From NCBI GenBank assembly GCA_964607485.1, contig CAZSKP010000023.1, positions 1 to 64,000 of the forward strand: a stretch of DNA of 64,000 bases. Direction: 5' to 3'. Source of the DNA: an uncultured bacterium (GTDB lineage: Bacteria > Abyssobacteria > SURF-5). This document shows, piece by piece, positions 47,490-58,242 of this stretch; the stretch's first letter is position 1; each line of letters begins with the position of its first letter. Position numbers and translations under genes: made by a program. The notes under the pieces are model-generated. The model saw nothing but the letters and a program-made list of their open reading frames with translations. It did no database searches and had not been told where the DNA came from.

Positions 47490-48665
47490 TTACCTCTGAT
47501 AGACGGCCCGGAGGATGCGGTCGAGCAGGTCGGGCCCGCCCTTGGTCGGCCGGCTCACCGGCTCCGCGGCGGCTGTCTCTTCGGATGCGCTCGGTTCGGT
47601 CACGCCTTTCCCTTCCTCTTGACGAGCCTGCTGAATTGGCTTCTCCGGATTCCCGACCATTTTGTGTGTGCTGAACAGGACGGCCGCCGTGGAGGTATCC
47701 ACGACGCGCAGGTTGACGGCTCCGCGCCCATCTACATTGGCGACCGTTCCAAGGATGACGGCGTCCGCGCCCTGGAGCGTTCGCAGCTTTTCGGCCATGC
47801 CCTCGTCGAGAACGACCTGCTGTCTGTCCTCCTTCAATTCAGGAGCGTCGAGCGTCATCTGCCGTTTCTGGACCTCGGAGGGAAGTTCGGCCGGAAGACC
47901 GGGGCCGGACAGGGCATTCTGTATGGCCAGTTCACGCAGAATCTGACCAAGCTGTCTTCGCTCGACCACCTTGAGCTCTGAATGCTGATTGAGCTTCCCG
48001 AGAATCTCTTCGGCGACCAGCGAGCCGTATGGGCTCTCCTCTCCGTCCAACGTAGTGATTCCGGCGACCGCCAGCACCGGCGACTTACGCAGGAAGACAC
48101 CCGTGTCGCCTTCTCGAAATTCTCCTGCGGCAATGTGGACCGGGACGGCCTTTGAATAGTCCTTTTCCACGCCCACTATCTGCAGTATTCCGACGAAACG
48201 TTTCTCGCGACCGAGTGTCTGGCCGGTTTTCGGGTCGATTATCTCATCTCCCTCGCGGTACACGTTCAGCTCCAGACCCGGCCGAGCACCTTCCACGCTC
48301 CCGAGGTTGAGGTACACTGCCTCCGGTGCGACTTTGACCAGCCGGAAAGCCTCTTCCCTTCCCGCCAGGCGGGACACGCAGTGGGCGAAGCCATCGACCA
48401 ACTCTTTCGTCGTGATCTGAGCCGGCTCGCGGGCATCATACAGAATCTCACCGATGACGTTGCGGCGTAATGTCACACGCCCGCCGTTTTCGGGGACGAT
48501 TGTGACGGAATCCCCGTCCTCTGCGACGACGTCGCCGGCCATTTCAAAGCTGCTGTCTTTAAACCTGATGACGTCGAGGCTGGCGCTGCAGGGCGGCCTC
48601 TCGGTGGAGGCGAAAGCAAGGGTTGAAGCAGCCAGCAGGATCAGAAGGGAAACGAAGGTTCTCAT
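47490..48665 (-). CDS. Exported protein with FlgT-C-like and CsgG/FlgO-like domains
   Basis: Signal peptide; VYLNLG...IIDPKTGQTLG; VVERRQLGQILRE, GADAVILG, LRVVDTST. Confidence 0.65.
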   Translation of the reverse strand: MRTFVSLLILLAASTLAFASTERPPCSASLDVIRFKDSSFEMAGDVVAEDGDSVTIVPENGGRVTLRRNVIGEILYDAREPAQITTKELVDGFAHCVSRLAGREEAFRLVKVAPEAVYLNLGSVEGARPGLELNVYREGDEIIDPKTGQTLGREKRFVGILQIVGVEKDYSKAVPVHIAAGEFREGDTGVFLRKSPVLAVAGITTLDGEESPYGSLVAEEILGKLNQHSELKVVERRQLGQILRELAIQNALSGPGLPAELPSEVQKRQMTLDAPELKEDRQQVVLDEGMAEKLRTLQGADAVILGTVANVDGRGAVNLRVVDTSTAAVLFSTHKMVGNPEKPIQQARQEEGKGVTEPSASEETAAAEPVSRPTKGGPDLLDRILRAVYQR

Positions 48666-48784
48666 TTTTGATTTCTCCTTTTCCATGGCGGCAAAGCCGG
48701 TAAGCCGCGGCATTTCCTCCAGGGACAACCCGTTGTGGGCAAGATGAATTCTATCACGGAGGACCGTCGCCGGCTACAGACAAT

Positions 48785-49246
48785 CTAATCCCAGCCAATC
48801 ACTCTCTTCTTTGCGTCGATGAGCTGCTTATGAGAGAGGTTCAGCAGCTTCGCGAGCCTGTGAATCAGGTTGTCCTCGTAGAAATGGAGCCGGTCGTCGG
48901 CATATACGACCTTCCAAAGGGTCTCGATGACGCTTTCCTTTTCCTCGCTGGAATAGGTGTTGTCAATCACGTTGGTGAACCGCCACAAGTCCGCGCTGTT
49001 GGCTCTTTCCCGGTCCGCAAGCTCGAGGAGCTCGGCCGCATACTCGGCGGACAGTTGAAATTTTTCTTTCAGGACTTCGACGATTCGGTCGTGCTCGGCC
49101 TGGGTGTAATTGTCGTCGGAGTGAGCGACTTCCAAGAGCAGCACGCACGTGGCCAGTTGGATGCGCTCAGCGGTATCTTCTTGCCTTGCCGGCTGTGCAT
49201 TCGGCCTGGCTTGGGCAAACAGGTCTTTGAGCTTTCGTATTACCAT
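48785..49246 (-). CDS. TerB family protein
   Basis: LLLEVAHSD, LWKVVYAD...E...IHRLAKLL. Confidence 0.85.
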   Translation of the reverse strand: MVIRKLKDLFAQARPNAQPARQEDTAERIQLATCVLLLEVAHSDDNYTQAEHDRIVEVLKEKFQLSAEYAAELLELADRERANSADLWRFTNVIDNTYSSEEKESVIETLWKVVYADDRLHFYEDNLIHRLAKLLNLSHKQLIDAKKRVIGWD

Positions 49247-49296
49247 GCGTTCTTTACGTGGCTGCGATTCGCCGGCATGTGTCGCCGCGAAGGTTC

Positions 49297-52290
49297 TCAG
49301 CTCAATTCGCGTATCATGTTCTCATTGAGCTGTTTTTCGGGAAAGGGAGTGGTGGCCGCGCCGGCTTTCTTGAAATCTTCGAGCGCCTTTGCCTTGTCAT
49401 CGAGCTTCAAGTATGCCATTCCCCGATGATACCGAATCGAGGGATTGAGCGAATCGAAGAGGACCGCCTTGTCGAGCTGTTCCTTTGCATCCTCGTAGTT
49501 TCCCTTCTGGAAGAGTATCCATCCGAGCGTATCCCGCACCTCTGCCTTCAGCGGTTGTTCGGCCACGGCCGAGCGCGCATATTCGAGCGCCTGGTCGAGC
49601 GTATCGGGGCTTTTCGCCAGGAGCCAGGCGAGGTTGTTCATCACGGGCGCGAGGTTTGGGTGAAGCTCGTTTATCCTTCGATAGGTGTTGAGCGCCTCGG
49701 CGCCGTTTCCGCCGGCCTCGTAGGCGCGGGCGAGGTTCAAGAGGAGCGCCGGAGAATCGGGCTGGTATTTCACGGCCGATTTGAGATATCGCTCCGCCTG
49801 CGCGACCTGCTCCTCGTGAAGCGATAGGACGCCGAGCCGGTAATATGCGGGCCAATAGGACGGGTCGGCTGAGACCGCCGATTGATAGCTCAGTGCCGCC
49901 TTGTCGGGCTGACCCTCCTTTTCCCAGGCCCCGCCGACAATTTCAAGCAGCGCGGCATTCGGCCCGGCTTTCTGGAGAACTTCTTCGAGCTTCTGGATGC
50001 CCAGCCTGTCCCAATGGAACTGGGTCAAAGCGATTGCCAGGCTGAGCTTGCGTAATTCGGCCGCGTCCAATGAGCCCGCCTGCAGGAGCCGGGCATAGTT
50101 TTTCCTGAACGAATCGGAAAGACCCGAGCTCCGGTCGAGCGATTCCTTCGCCCCCGCAATGTCCCCCCGGGAGGCGCGGGCGTTTGCGAGCATGAGCCCA
50201 TAGACGCTCTCCTCCGGTGCGGCCGTTTGGAGCCCGAGCAATATTTTCTCCGCCTGGTCGGACGGCCCCCGCTCCTGCAAGACCAATGCGCGCACAACCT
50301 CTTCCGGAGGCGTTTCTTCTTCGGCGTCCGGGCGGGCGTCCAGAATCTCTTGAGCCTTTTCCGACTTACCCAGCGCGAGGTTGCAGAGGGCGAGCTTCAC
50401 TCTGAAATTCGGGGAGGCGGGAACGGCGCGGAGGAGCGCCTCAAACTGAGTCGCCGCGTCGGCGGCGTCTCCTTCCATGGCCAAAGCTTCCGCCAGAAGC
50501 TGGGCGGCGGGCGCGTTATTGGGTTCCGTCTTGAGAATCTGTGCAAGCTCTTTACGCGCATCCGCATACCGATTTGTGGAGATAAGCAGGTTGGCGAGAG
50601 CCAAGCGATGAGCGACCTGGTCTGGCTCGGCTTGAATCAGCTCCTTGAGGAACGCCTCTGCCGCGTCATAACGCTTCATGAGGACAAGCGCCCTGATAAA
50701 CCTGAGCCGGATCAACCTGTCCTTGGGCGAAAGCTCCACGGCTTTCCTGTACGCTTGGACGGCCTGCTCCTGACTGCCGATGGCGGTGTAGATATTCGCC
50801 ATGTTGACATAGGACGCGGCGAATTGGGGGTCCGCGTCGGAGGCCTTCAAGAAGTATGAAAGCGCCCGTTCGAACTCGCTCTGTTTCAGATACACCAACC
50901 CCAGAAGGTTGAGGAGGAGGGGTGAATCGGGAGCGATCTTGAGCGAGTCCTCGCACAGAGATTGCGCTTTGCGAAGGTCGCCCGCGCGAAATGCCTGCAG
51001 CCCCATCTTGATGTTGTCGGCTATTTCCTCCGGGATACCCTCCGAGGCGAGGAGGGAGTCCATATGCTCGAGCGACTGTTGGAGGGCATTCGCCTGAACC
51101 CACAACTGCCGGGCGTATTCATTTTCGGGTTCCTTCGACAAGACGGCGCCTATCTCTCGCTGTGCCTTCTCGAAAGAGCCTTCAACGAGAAAAGTCTGTG
51201 CGAGCATGAGGCGGTATTGGGAGTTATCGGGCTCCATCGCGAGTGCCCTCTGAAAGGCGGCTATCGCCTGCGCCTGCTGGTTCTTTCCTTTCAGTGCCAA
51301 ACCGAGCAGGTAATGGGCGTCCGCCAATGCGGCCGGAGAGTTCGCCGCTTTCGTGAGGTGGAACACCGCCGAATCATAATCGCCCTGCCTGAGAGAGATG
51401 GTGCCGAGCAAGAGATGCGCCTGCGTGCTTCCGGGCGATGCCTCAAGGAATGCCTCGGCTTCCTTTCGCGCATCGTCGAACCGTCCGAGGGAGTAGTAGG
51501 CCTCGGCTAAAGCCCCTCGCGCCCGGAAGTAAGTGGGATCGTTCTCCAGAATCTGTTCAAGCGTCTTAATGGCCTCGTCTTCCCGATTACTGAAACGATA
51601 TATCTTAGCCAGCGCCAGCTTGGCAGCCGAATCGGTCGGGTCGATTTCGGTCGTCAACTTCTTCAGATGCTCCTCCGCTACATCATACCGACCCTCCTGC
51701 GCGGCAATCTCGGCAAGCGTCATTCGAGATTCCACATTGTTCGGGTCGATTGCCAAAATCTTTTCAAACCATGAACTCGCCTCGTCCGCTTTCTTCTCTT
51801 TCCACTTGAGCCTGCCCAGAAGAGCCATGGCGGTGACGTTCTCCGGGTCGATTTCGAGGGCATCATGGCACATCTCCCCGGCGAGCGCAGGTCGGTCGCT
51901 CGCGGCGTAAATGTCCGCTATTTGAAGGAGCGTCTCCAGAGCGAGCCGTGAGTCGAGCGTTCTCGCCGCATCGAGAGCCCGTATGGCCTGCTCGTAGTAT
52001 TGGAGCTTGCTGTAACACTTGCCCAATTCATGCTGAGCCTCGGCCATCTGCGGGTCGATTGCGAGAGCCTTTTGATACTCCACAACGGCTTCGGCATACC
52101 GCCCGTGCTGGGCGAGAATCGATCCTTTGCGATAATGCTTCAGCTTGTCCTTCTCCGGATTTCCGCACGCGCTCACAAGCATGATCGCGACGATGGCAAA
52201 CACAACCGTCTTTGGAGAGAGAAAACGCGAACGGGCAAGAGCGCCGCGTGCACTCAAAATTCGTCGCCGACCATTCATACGATTCCTCAC
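49297..52290 (-). CDS. Large TPR lipoprotein (PrsT-like, PEP-CTERM/EPS-associated)
   Basis: VSAC lipobox, many TPRs, C-terminal NNLAWLL...DTLGWIL...IRYHRGMAY. Confidence 0.8.
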   Translation of the reverse strand: MRNRMNGRRRILSARGALARSRFLSPKTVVFAIVAIMLVSACGNPEKDKLKHYRKGSILAQHGRYAEAVVEYQKALAIDPQMAEAQHELGKCYSKLQYYEQAIRALDAARTLDSRLALETLLQIADIYAASDRPALAGEMCHDALEIDPENVTAMALLGRLKWKEKKADEASSWFEKILAIDPNNVESRMTLAEIAAQEGRYDVAEEHLKKLTTEIDPTDSAAKLALAKIYRFSNREDEAIKTLEQILENDPTYFRARGALAEAYYSLGRFDDARKEAEAFLEASPGSTQAHLLLGTISLRQGDYDSAVFHLTKAANSPAALADAHYLLGLALKGKNQQAQAIAAFQRALAMEPDNSQYRLMLAQTFLVEGSFEKAQREIGAVLSKEPENEYARQLWVQANALQQSLEHMDSLLASEGIPEEIADNIKMGLQAFRAGDLRKAQSLCEDSLKIAPDSPLLLNLLGLVYLKQSEFERALSYFLKASDADPQFAASYVNMANIYTAIGSQEQAVQAYRKAVELSPKDRLIRLRFIRALVLMKRYDAAEAFLKELIQAEPDQVAHRLALANLLISTNRYADARKELAQILKTEPNNAPAAQLLAEALAMEGDAADAATQFEALLRAVPASPNFRVKLALCNLALGKSEKAQEILDARPDAEEETPPEEVVRALVLQERGPSDQAEKILLGLQTAAPEESVYGLMLANARASRGDIAGAKESLDRSSGLSDSFRKNYARLLQAGSLDAAELRKLSLAIALTQFHWDRLGIQKLEEVLQKAGPNAALLEIVGGAWEKEGQPDKAALSYQSAVSADPSYWPAYYRLGVLSLHEEQVAQAERYLKSAVKYQPDSPALLLNLARAYEAGGNGAEALNTYRRINELHPNLAPVMNNLAWLLAKSPDTLDQALEYARSAVAEQPLKAEVRDTLGWILFQKGNYEDAKEQLDKAVLFDSLNPSIRYHRGMAYLKLDDKAKALEDFKKAGAATTPFPEKQLNENMIRELS

Positions 52291-52347
52291 CGCTGCGGTC
52301 CTGTCGTTTGAATATTCAGATGAACGAGGTGAGTCTGCGGGTCGAGG

Positions 52348-54030
52348 CTATGGGCGAAGAGGAGAGTCGACAGCGGAGCAATTACCCTCATCCAACTTGT
52401 TCTCCGTGATATGTTCAAGAGGCAAGTTAACAAGTATCGCTCCGCCCTTTGAAGCATTAAACTCGGTCCTTATGGTGCCATTATAATGTTCGACTATTCT
52501 TTTTGCAAGCGCCATGTTGTAAGAGGAGCGCTGAGATTCCCCGGGGAGAACAGGCCGAGGGCCGGAGGGAGCAGAATCGGGAAGCTCAACGCGCGCTTCC
52601 ACAATCAAACGATCACCACAGACGATATTCGACAGCGAGAGCGTCGCCCCCTTACTCGCCCAATCGAGCGCAATCCCGACGATGCTGTCAAGAATACAAT
52701 GCAAGCTGAATCGGTGGACCGACGCGGGTTCGCCCGCGGCATGCAGATGTACGTGTATCCGCTCATTCCTGAATCTGAGCTCGTACATATCGAGAATTTC
52801 TCTGGCCAGCAGGCCGGGCGTGACTGACCGCTGCCCTTCGTTGCCGCATCGACGGATAAAGGTGGCCAGTGACTTCCCGATGGCGACTATCTGCTTCTGC
52901 TTTTCGAGCGATTCAGAAAGCATTGCGTGCGTTGGGTCGGCGGAATCCAATGACTGCAACGACATCCTTGTGAGCCGCATGATTCCGTCGAGCGGGCCGT
53001 TGATCTCATGGGCCACGGCGGCAGCGACCGTGTTGACGTCGTTAAAGTCTTCGTATTCGCGCACCTCCCTCTCGAGCTGGAACTCTTTGGAAAGCTCCCT
53101 TATTTCCAGCACGGCCGTCAAGGCGTCGTTCGAAGACGCGCCGGCCGGCGAAAAACGGAGGCTGAGCGCACGGGTCTTGTGACCGACGGATCGGACCATC
53201 TGGCAGAGGGTCCGACCCTTCTTGTTGCGGAAAACATCATTCGCTATCGAATCCAATTGGCCCTGCTTCCACTCAAGCGGCAGGTGCCTGAGGGATTGCA
53301 TCCCGACCGGCCTGCATTCAAACCCGAGTATCTCGGCGGCCTTCCGATTCATATTGGAGATAGAGAGATCCTCTGCAAAGACCACTACACCGCAGGGAAC
53401 GGCCTTCAGCAGAGATTCAAGGCTGCGTTTCCGTCGAAGCAGCTCCAACTCTATTCGCTCCCTCTTTCCTTTCATGCTCCGCAGTTTCGCGTGCAGACGA
53501 GAGTTTTCCGTAACAACCTTCTGGTAGGACAGCACCTTTTCTATCGCCCGGCCTACCATGCCGGAAAGGTCCACGAGCTTATCGAGGTCGTGGGGCTCAA
53601 ATGGCGGACAGTCGGTGTGCGAATTGATGTTGATTACTCCGAGCACCCCATTCGATGCAAGGATGGGAGCGGAGATGAGCGAGGAATTGTCACGCGCAGG
53701 ACTCCGGAGTTTAAACGAATCATTACGCGCCAACGCGCGAATCAGGCGCGGCGTCCTGTCGCTGGCCACCAGCCCGGAGAATCCTTCTCCGATGTTGAAT
53801 ACCTCGCCCACGTGGTCGTTGCCCTGAGGGTCGATGGCCGCTCGCAGGATGATGTTGCCGTTTCCGTTGTCGGCGAGGAATATCGAGCCCGACTGTTTCC
53901 GGAAAACAGTGAGCGAATAGCGGAGAGAGGCGGAGAGCAAGAAATCGAGGTCGCTCAGGTACTTTGGGGGTGTTATGAGGCAGGAATCACGAAAGCAGGA
54001 GTTCAGCCAATCGAAGAACGGGAAAAGCAA
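52348..54030 (-). CDS. GAF-PAS histidine-kinase-like protein with degenerate ATPase domain
   Basis: GAF (GEGFSGLV), PAS, H-box AHEINGPL; N/G1/F/G2 boxes eroded; start uncertain. Confidence 0.7.
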   Translation of the reverse strand: MLFPFFDWLNSCFRDSCLITPPKYLSDLDFLLSASLRYSLTVFRKQSGSIFLADNGNGNIILRAAIDPQGNDHVGEVFNIGEGFSGLVASDRTPRLIRALARNDSFKLRSPARDNSSLISAPILASNGVLGVININSHTDCPPFEPHDLDKLVDLSGMVGRAIEKVLSYQKVVTENSRLHAKLRSMKGKRERIELELLRRKRSLESLLKAVPCGVVVFAEDLSISNMNRKAAEILGFECRPVGMQSLRHLPLEWKQGQLDSIANDVFRNKKGRTLCQMVRSVGHKTRALSLRFSPAGASSNDALTAVLEIRELSKEFQLEREVREYEDFNDVNTVAAAVAHEINGPLDGIMRLTRMSLQSLDSADPTHAMLSESLEKQKQIVAIGKSLATFIRRCGNEGQRSVTPGLLAREILDMYELRFRNERIHVHLHAAGEPASVHRFSLHCILDSIVGIALDWASKGATLSLSNIVCGDRLIVEARVELPDSAPSGPRPVLPGESQRSSYNMALAKRIVEHYNGTIRTEFNASKGGAILVNLPLEHITENKLDEGNCSAVDSPLRP

Positions 54031-54113
54031 TGTTTGTCCACACCTTTTTCCAGGCCGACTGCAATCGATTCAAGACCCTTTCACTGAACCTTGCGTCCTA
54101 TCGTTGCGAAGAC

Positions 54114-54133
54114 AAGATGCGCCGGCGCATCTT
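54114..54133. repeat. Perfect 20-bp palindrome downstream of PEP-CTERM gene (possible terminator)
   Basis: AAGATGCGCC-GGCGCATCTT. Confidence 0.55.
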
Positions 54134-54187
54134 TAGGTTTCCGAAAGGATGCGGCTTTGAACTCGAAATCCCATGGGCCGCCCCCTT

Positions 54188-55003
54188 TTACGAAGCCCTC
54201 TTTTTCCTCCGACGCGCGAACGCGGCCCCGACGAGTCCGATTCCGAACAGCAGGCCCGTGGCTGGCTCGGGCACGGGGGGAGTGGTGGTTGTACAGCTCA
54301 GCCTGATCACATCGTTTCCGCACGATTGTGTCCATTGCAGGGTGAACGGAGTGCCCCACAGACCGGCATCGATGAAAGGCTGGACAGGAATGCCCATTTC
54401 AATCACATAGTGGTCGTACACGCCGTCATTGATGGCGCCGCTGTAAGCGAACAGGGCGTCCTCAAGGGTGTCGGTACCGTCGCCGATGCTCGCCGGGAAT
54501 GATGAAATGGGAAAATCGCTCGGCGGGTCCCAAACCACATCTCCAACTAAAGTGCCCTGGTCGAACGCGCCGCCGGGATTGGGAGTCACCTCCACGCCGT
54601 ACTCCCAGGGTGTTCCACCAGTGAAATTGATAGCGAGATCGCCCGGAGTATACAGTTCCCCCTTATAGTACGTCCCCGTCGCGGGCATCCCCGAGACGAC
54701 GGCTACGTAAAGATATCCATCGCTGGAGTTGCAGTAGGCGTACATGGCCTCGGCATCGAATGGCTGCCCCCCTATGCCAGGGCCGACGTAGAACGGAGCT
54801 GTCGGATCCGACGGGTTAGTTGCGTCTTCGACCTTGTAGGCGACGGCCGCATACGGCGTCCAGTCGGGTCCCCCGGACGCCAGCAGATCGACGCCCCAGT
54901 CGGAGAGACTCCCATCAATTGTCGGGACCGCCGAAGCTCCAACGGGATGAATGAGTATAAGCGCCAAAACCAATGATAATGATAAGAAGATACGGCTTCT
55001 CAT
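54188..55003 (-). CDS. PEP-CTERM sorting-domain protein
   Basis: Signal peptide; C-terminal VPEPATGLLFGIGLVGAAFARRRKK; AAGGAG RBS. Confidence 0.93.
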   Translation of the reverse strand: MRSRIFLSLSLVLALILIHPVGASAVPTIDGSLSDWGVDLLASGGPDWTPYAAVAYKVEDATNPSDPTAPFYVGPGIGGQPFDAEAMYAYCNSSDGYLYVAVVSGMPATGTYYKGELYTPGDLAINFTGGTPWEYGVEVTPNPGGAFDQGTLVGDVVWDPPSDFPISSFPASIGDGTDTLEDALFAYSGAINDGVYDHYVIEMGIPVQPFIDAGLWGTPFTLQWTQSCGNDVIRLSCTTTTPPVPEPATGLLFGIGLVGAAFARRRKKRAS

Positions 55004-55067
55004 AGCTCTCCTTTCGTCGAGGTCGCCGGGGCGACCCATGTATAATACGATTAACGTATAGATTATA

Positions 55068-55083
55068 AGCAACAAGCGTGCCA
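55068..55083 (-). promoter_or_regulatory. Sigma-54 promoter of PEP-CTERM gene
   Basis: TGGCAC-GCTTG-TTGCT on minus strand. Confidence 0.82.
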
Positions 55084-55786
55084 CCATGTCGTAGACTGAT
55101 AACCGATTCTAATACAATAAGTTACAAACATAAACCGAAACTCCTTGAGACTGAGGAATGATGTCAAATCTAACCATCGTAAGATTCATGTTGATTTTGC
55201 CAAACATTTCGACCTGGGCAAAAAACCCGCATTCAACGCGACCGGGAAGAAGGTGACAATAGTAAAGATTAATATACTTGTGTATTCATTAATATCCCGC
55301 GGCCCACTTTCGAGGCTTTTTTGGATCAAGCCTCCCAACACATCGCCCGGGGACAGACCGAGGGAACCGTCGGCTCAGATGTTCTCCGCTCCCGGCACTC
55401 TTATCAACCTATAGATGAATCCTCGGATTGACGTAAGCGAAACGTTGGTTTCCTGAGACAATGTTGATGTTTTAAAACACTTTTCCGCTAATTTACTCAA
55501 ATAAAGAACAATGTAAACAAGCTGAAATGGGGAATGTTACCTTTTTTCTTGTGGCCGCGGACGAGAGCCGGAATGCTGGTTCGTCTGGGCTCGAAAGTCC
55601 AGCTCTCATGTCACTGCTCGGAGGATTCCGAAACAGTGTAAGCCTTTGTTTTTCAAACTATTGCGGCCACAGCCCGCCGGAATCGTAACTCTCAAATCCC
55701 GATTCTCTCTTGATATCGAACACCACGAAAAGGACTACTCGCCTTCCGAACGGTTTTCGAGTCTCCTGCCGCTCCCAAGGAATCCG

Positions 55787-55801
55787 TGGCATAGATGTTG
55801 C
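55787..55801 (+). promoter_or_regulatory. Sigma-54 promoter of EPS export operon
   Basis: TGGCAT-AGATG-TTGC about 100 nt before wza. Confidence 0.7.
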
Positions 55802-55901
55802 CATACCCTCCCGATTATTAAGGAAGCAAGACGGTGTGAGGGCGCTTCCTTAAGAAACCGGGAACCCAAACTCTAAGCATTGGCCCTAAGGAGCCGCAAC
55901 C

Positions 55902-56606
55902 ATGAAAAAACAAATCATCTTACTGGGAGCATTTCTTCTCACCCTCTGCACGGGCTGCCAAACACCCCGCGGGGGCAGCACCATCTATGAGTACCCGGTC
56001 GTGAGGGAAGAAACATATCATCTCGAGGCTCCGGACGAGATTTCGATCGCGGTGCTTCCACAGGCGGAGCTCGACCGAGTGGTCACCATCCGGCCCGACG
56101 GAAAGATATCGCTGCCTCTGATCGGCGATGTTTTCGTCGAAGGGTCGACTCCCACGGAGCTTGCCGACAAGCTGACCGAGGAATTCTCGAAATACGTGAA
56201 GAATCCGTCGGTCTCCGTGATTGTCACCGGTTTCAACAGCAAGAGGATCTTCGTGATAGGAGAAGTCTTCAGACAGGGCTCGTTTCCTTATACCGGCGAG
56301 ATGACCGCCTTTGAAGCCGTGGAGGAAGCCGGCAGTTTCACAAGGCGCGCCGCGATGGGCCGCGTTATCCTCGTTCGCGGAAATCTTGAGAATCCGCAGG
56401 TGATCGACGTGAACTTGAAGGCTGTGATCAAGAAGGGGCTGAAGCAGAAAGACCTCTACCTCCAGCCGAACGACATCGTGTACGTTCCGCCAAACGGATT
56501 TGCGGCGGCCGGTTACGCCATCGAGCAGGTTCTATTTCCCTTCAGTCCCATCCTGGGAGTGGGGAGAGATATCGGCTACGCGCGAGACCTCGAACAAACA
56601 TTCTAG
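55902..56606 (+). CDS. wza: Polysaccharide export lipoprotein (Wza/OPX family)
   Basis: CTGC lipobox, IRPDGKISLPLIG, VIGEV, LQPNDIVYVP. Confidence 0.9.
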   Translation: MKKQIILLGAFLLTLCTGCQTPRGGSTIYEYPVVREETYHLEAPDEISIAVLPQAELDRVVTIRPDGKISLPLIGDVFVEGSTPTELADKLTEEFSKYVKNPSVSVIVTGFNSKRIFVIGEVFRQGSFPYTGEMTAFEAVEEAGSFTRRAAMGRVILVRGNLENPQVIDVNLKAVIKKGLKQKDLYLQPNDIVYVPPNGFAAAGYAIEQVLFPFSPILGVGRDIGYARDLEQTF

Positions 56607-56654
56607 AGTTCTCGCCATCACGTCACCACAACTGTGTGAGACAAGGATTTGAAA

Positions 56655-58214
56655 ATGCGCACATCGAACGAATTCGACATTCACAAGTACCTGGACATTT
56701 TTCACAAGTATAAATGGTATGGCTTAATACCCGCCTGCGTGGTGATGGTCGTTCTCTTCGCCGCGACCTCTTTGCTGCCGAAGGTGTATGAGAGCACATG
56801 CCTGGTCGAGGTTGACAGAGGCACCATAGAAAACCCACTGAAGACAGAAAGGGAGCGTCCGGTAGTGCTCGGCGACCTGTTGCGCATCTTTTCAGAAAAT
56901 GCCCTGAAATGGGACACCCTCTCCCGGGTCGTCGATGAGGTGGGAGCCGACGCGATCGTGGAGAACAGCGACGTATACAACATCGGAAAGCTGAAGAAGA
57001 AGCTCGGACTGGGGACAAAGGCGGAGCATCTACCCCAGGACGACCACGCCCGGAAGGAATCTCTCATCAGGCTTCTGCAAGGAGGGATAAGATTCAACCA
57101 CAGAGAGCCAAGATTCCTTGTGCTCTCATACAGGGGCACGCGGTCAAACGTGAACGCCTCCATCCTCAACACACTCGTTTCAACTCTCATCGAAGAGAAG
57201 ACCCAGGAAGAACTCAATCAGGCGGGCCGAAATTACGGGTTCATCAAGGCGGAGATGGAGAGTTACGAGAAAAAGCTGGAGGAGGCCGAGGCGCATCTCA
57301 AAGATTTCAAGCAGCAGCACATCTCTGAGCTTCCGAGCAACATGAACGTGAACCTGACACAGCTCACAAACGACAAGTCCACGCTCCTCGCCTGCGAGCT
57401 CGAGACGAAGGAGTTGACAACAAGAGTCCAGTACATTGACGAGGAGTTGAAAAAGCAGAATGAGCTCATCGTCTCCGAGATCAAACGGGAGAAAAATCCC
57501 ATGGTCGTTGTCCTGAACCAGCGGATCGTGGACATGGAGATAGAGCTCACGAGGCTTCGCACGAACTATACCGACCTGCACCCCAAAGTGATCGAACTCC
57601 GCGGACAACTCGACGACCTGAAAAGGCAGAGGGACGAGGTTCAGGAGTCGACGGTTGACTCGGAGACTTCCATGCTGAACCCCGTGTACCAGCAGCTCGT
57701 TCAGGATAAGCAGAACACGCTGGTGCGAATCGAGGTCCTGAAGAACCGGATTGCGAACTTGAAAAAACGCATCGAGGAAAATGAGAAAAAAGTGCTCAGC
57801 ATGCCCGCGCAGGAACAGCAGCTGTTCACGCTCAAGCGAAACTATGAGGTGACCGCCAACATTTACAACATGTTCGTGCAAAAGCTGGAAGAGGTACGAC
57901 TCCAGGAGAAACTTGCGACAGAGGAGAGAGACAAGGAAGCCTTCAGAGTGCTGGAATACGCGCGAGCCACTTTCTCGCCCATCGCTCCGAACAAGAGCCG
58001 GCTGCTCGCGCTCATCACACTCATCGGCACGGGAACCTGCATCGGCATCATGTGGCTGTTCAACACCTTCGACGACTCATTGAGAAACGTCGAGGAAGCC
58101 AAGGAATTCCTCCGAAAGCCTCTGCTGGGAGCAGTTCCCTCGCTGAAGGAAGATAGCGGAAACGGCTCATTCTCTATGCGCAAAGCGGTGCTCAAGGCAA
58201 TCGGCAGGTCCTGA
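56655..58214 (+). CDS. Polysaccharide co-polymerase (Wzc/GumC membrane part)
   Basis: TM-LPKVYES, coiled coil, YTDLHPKV, C-terminal TM and PLLGAVP. Confidence 0.88.
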   Translation: MRTSNEFDIHKYLDIFHKYKWYGLIPACVVMVVLFAATSLLPKVYESTCLVEVDRGTIENPLKTERERPVVLGDLLRIFSENALKWDTLSRVVDEVGADAIVENSDVYNIGKLKKKLGLGTKAEHLPQDDHARKESLIRLLQGGIRFNHREPRFLVLSYRGTRSNVNASILNTLVSTLIEEKTQEELNQAGRNYGFIKAEMESYEKKLEEAEAHLKDFKQQHISELPSNMNVNLTQLTNDKSTLLACELETKELTTRVQYIDEELKKQNELIVSEIKREKNPMVVVLNQRIVDMEIELTRLRTNYTDLHPKVIELRGQLDDLKRQRDEVQESTVDSETSMLNPVYQQLVQDKQNTLVRIEVLKNRIANLKKRIEENEKKVLSMPAQEQQLFTLKRNYEVTANIYNMFVQKLEEVRLQEKLATEERDKEAFRVLEYARATFSPIAPNKSRLLALITLIGTGTCIGIMWLFNTFDDSLRNVEEAKEFLRKPLLGAVPSLKEDSGNGSFSMRKAVLKAIGRS

Positions 58215-58242
58215 TACCCAGTTTTCCCAACTTCGGAAACTC

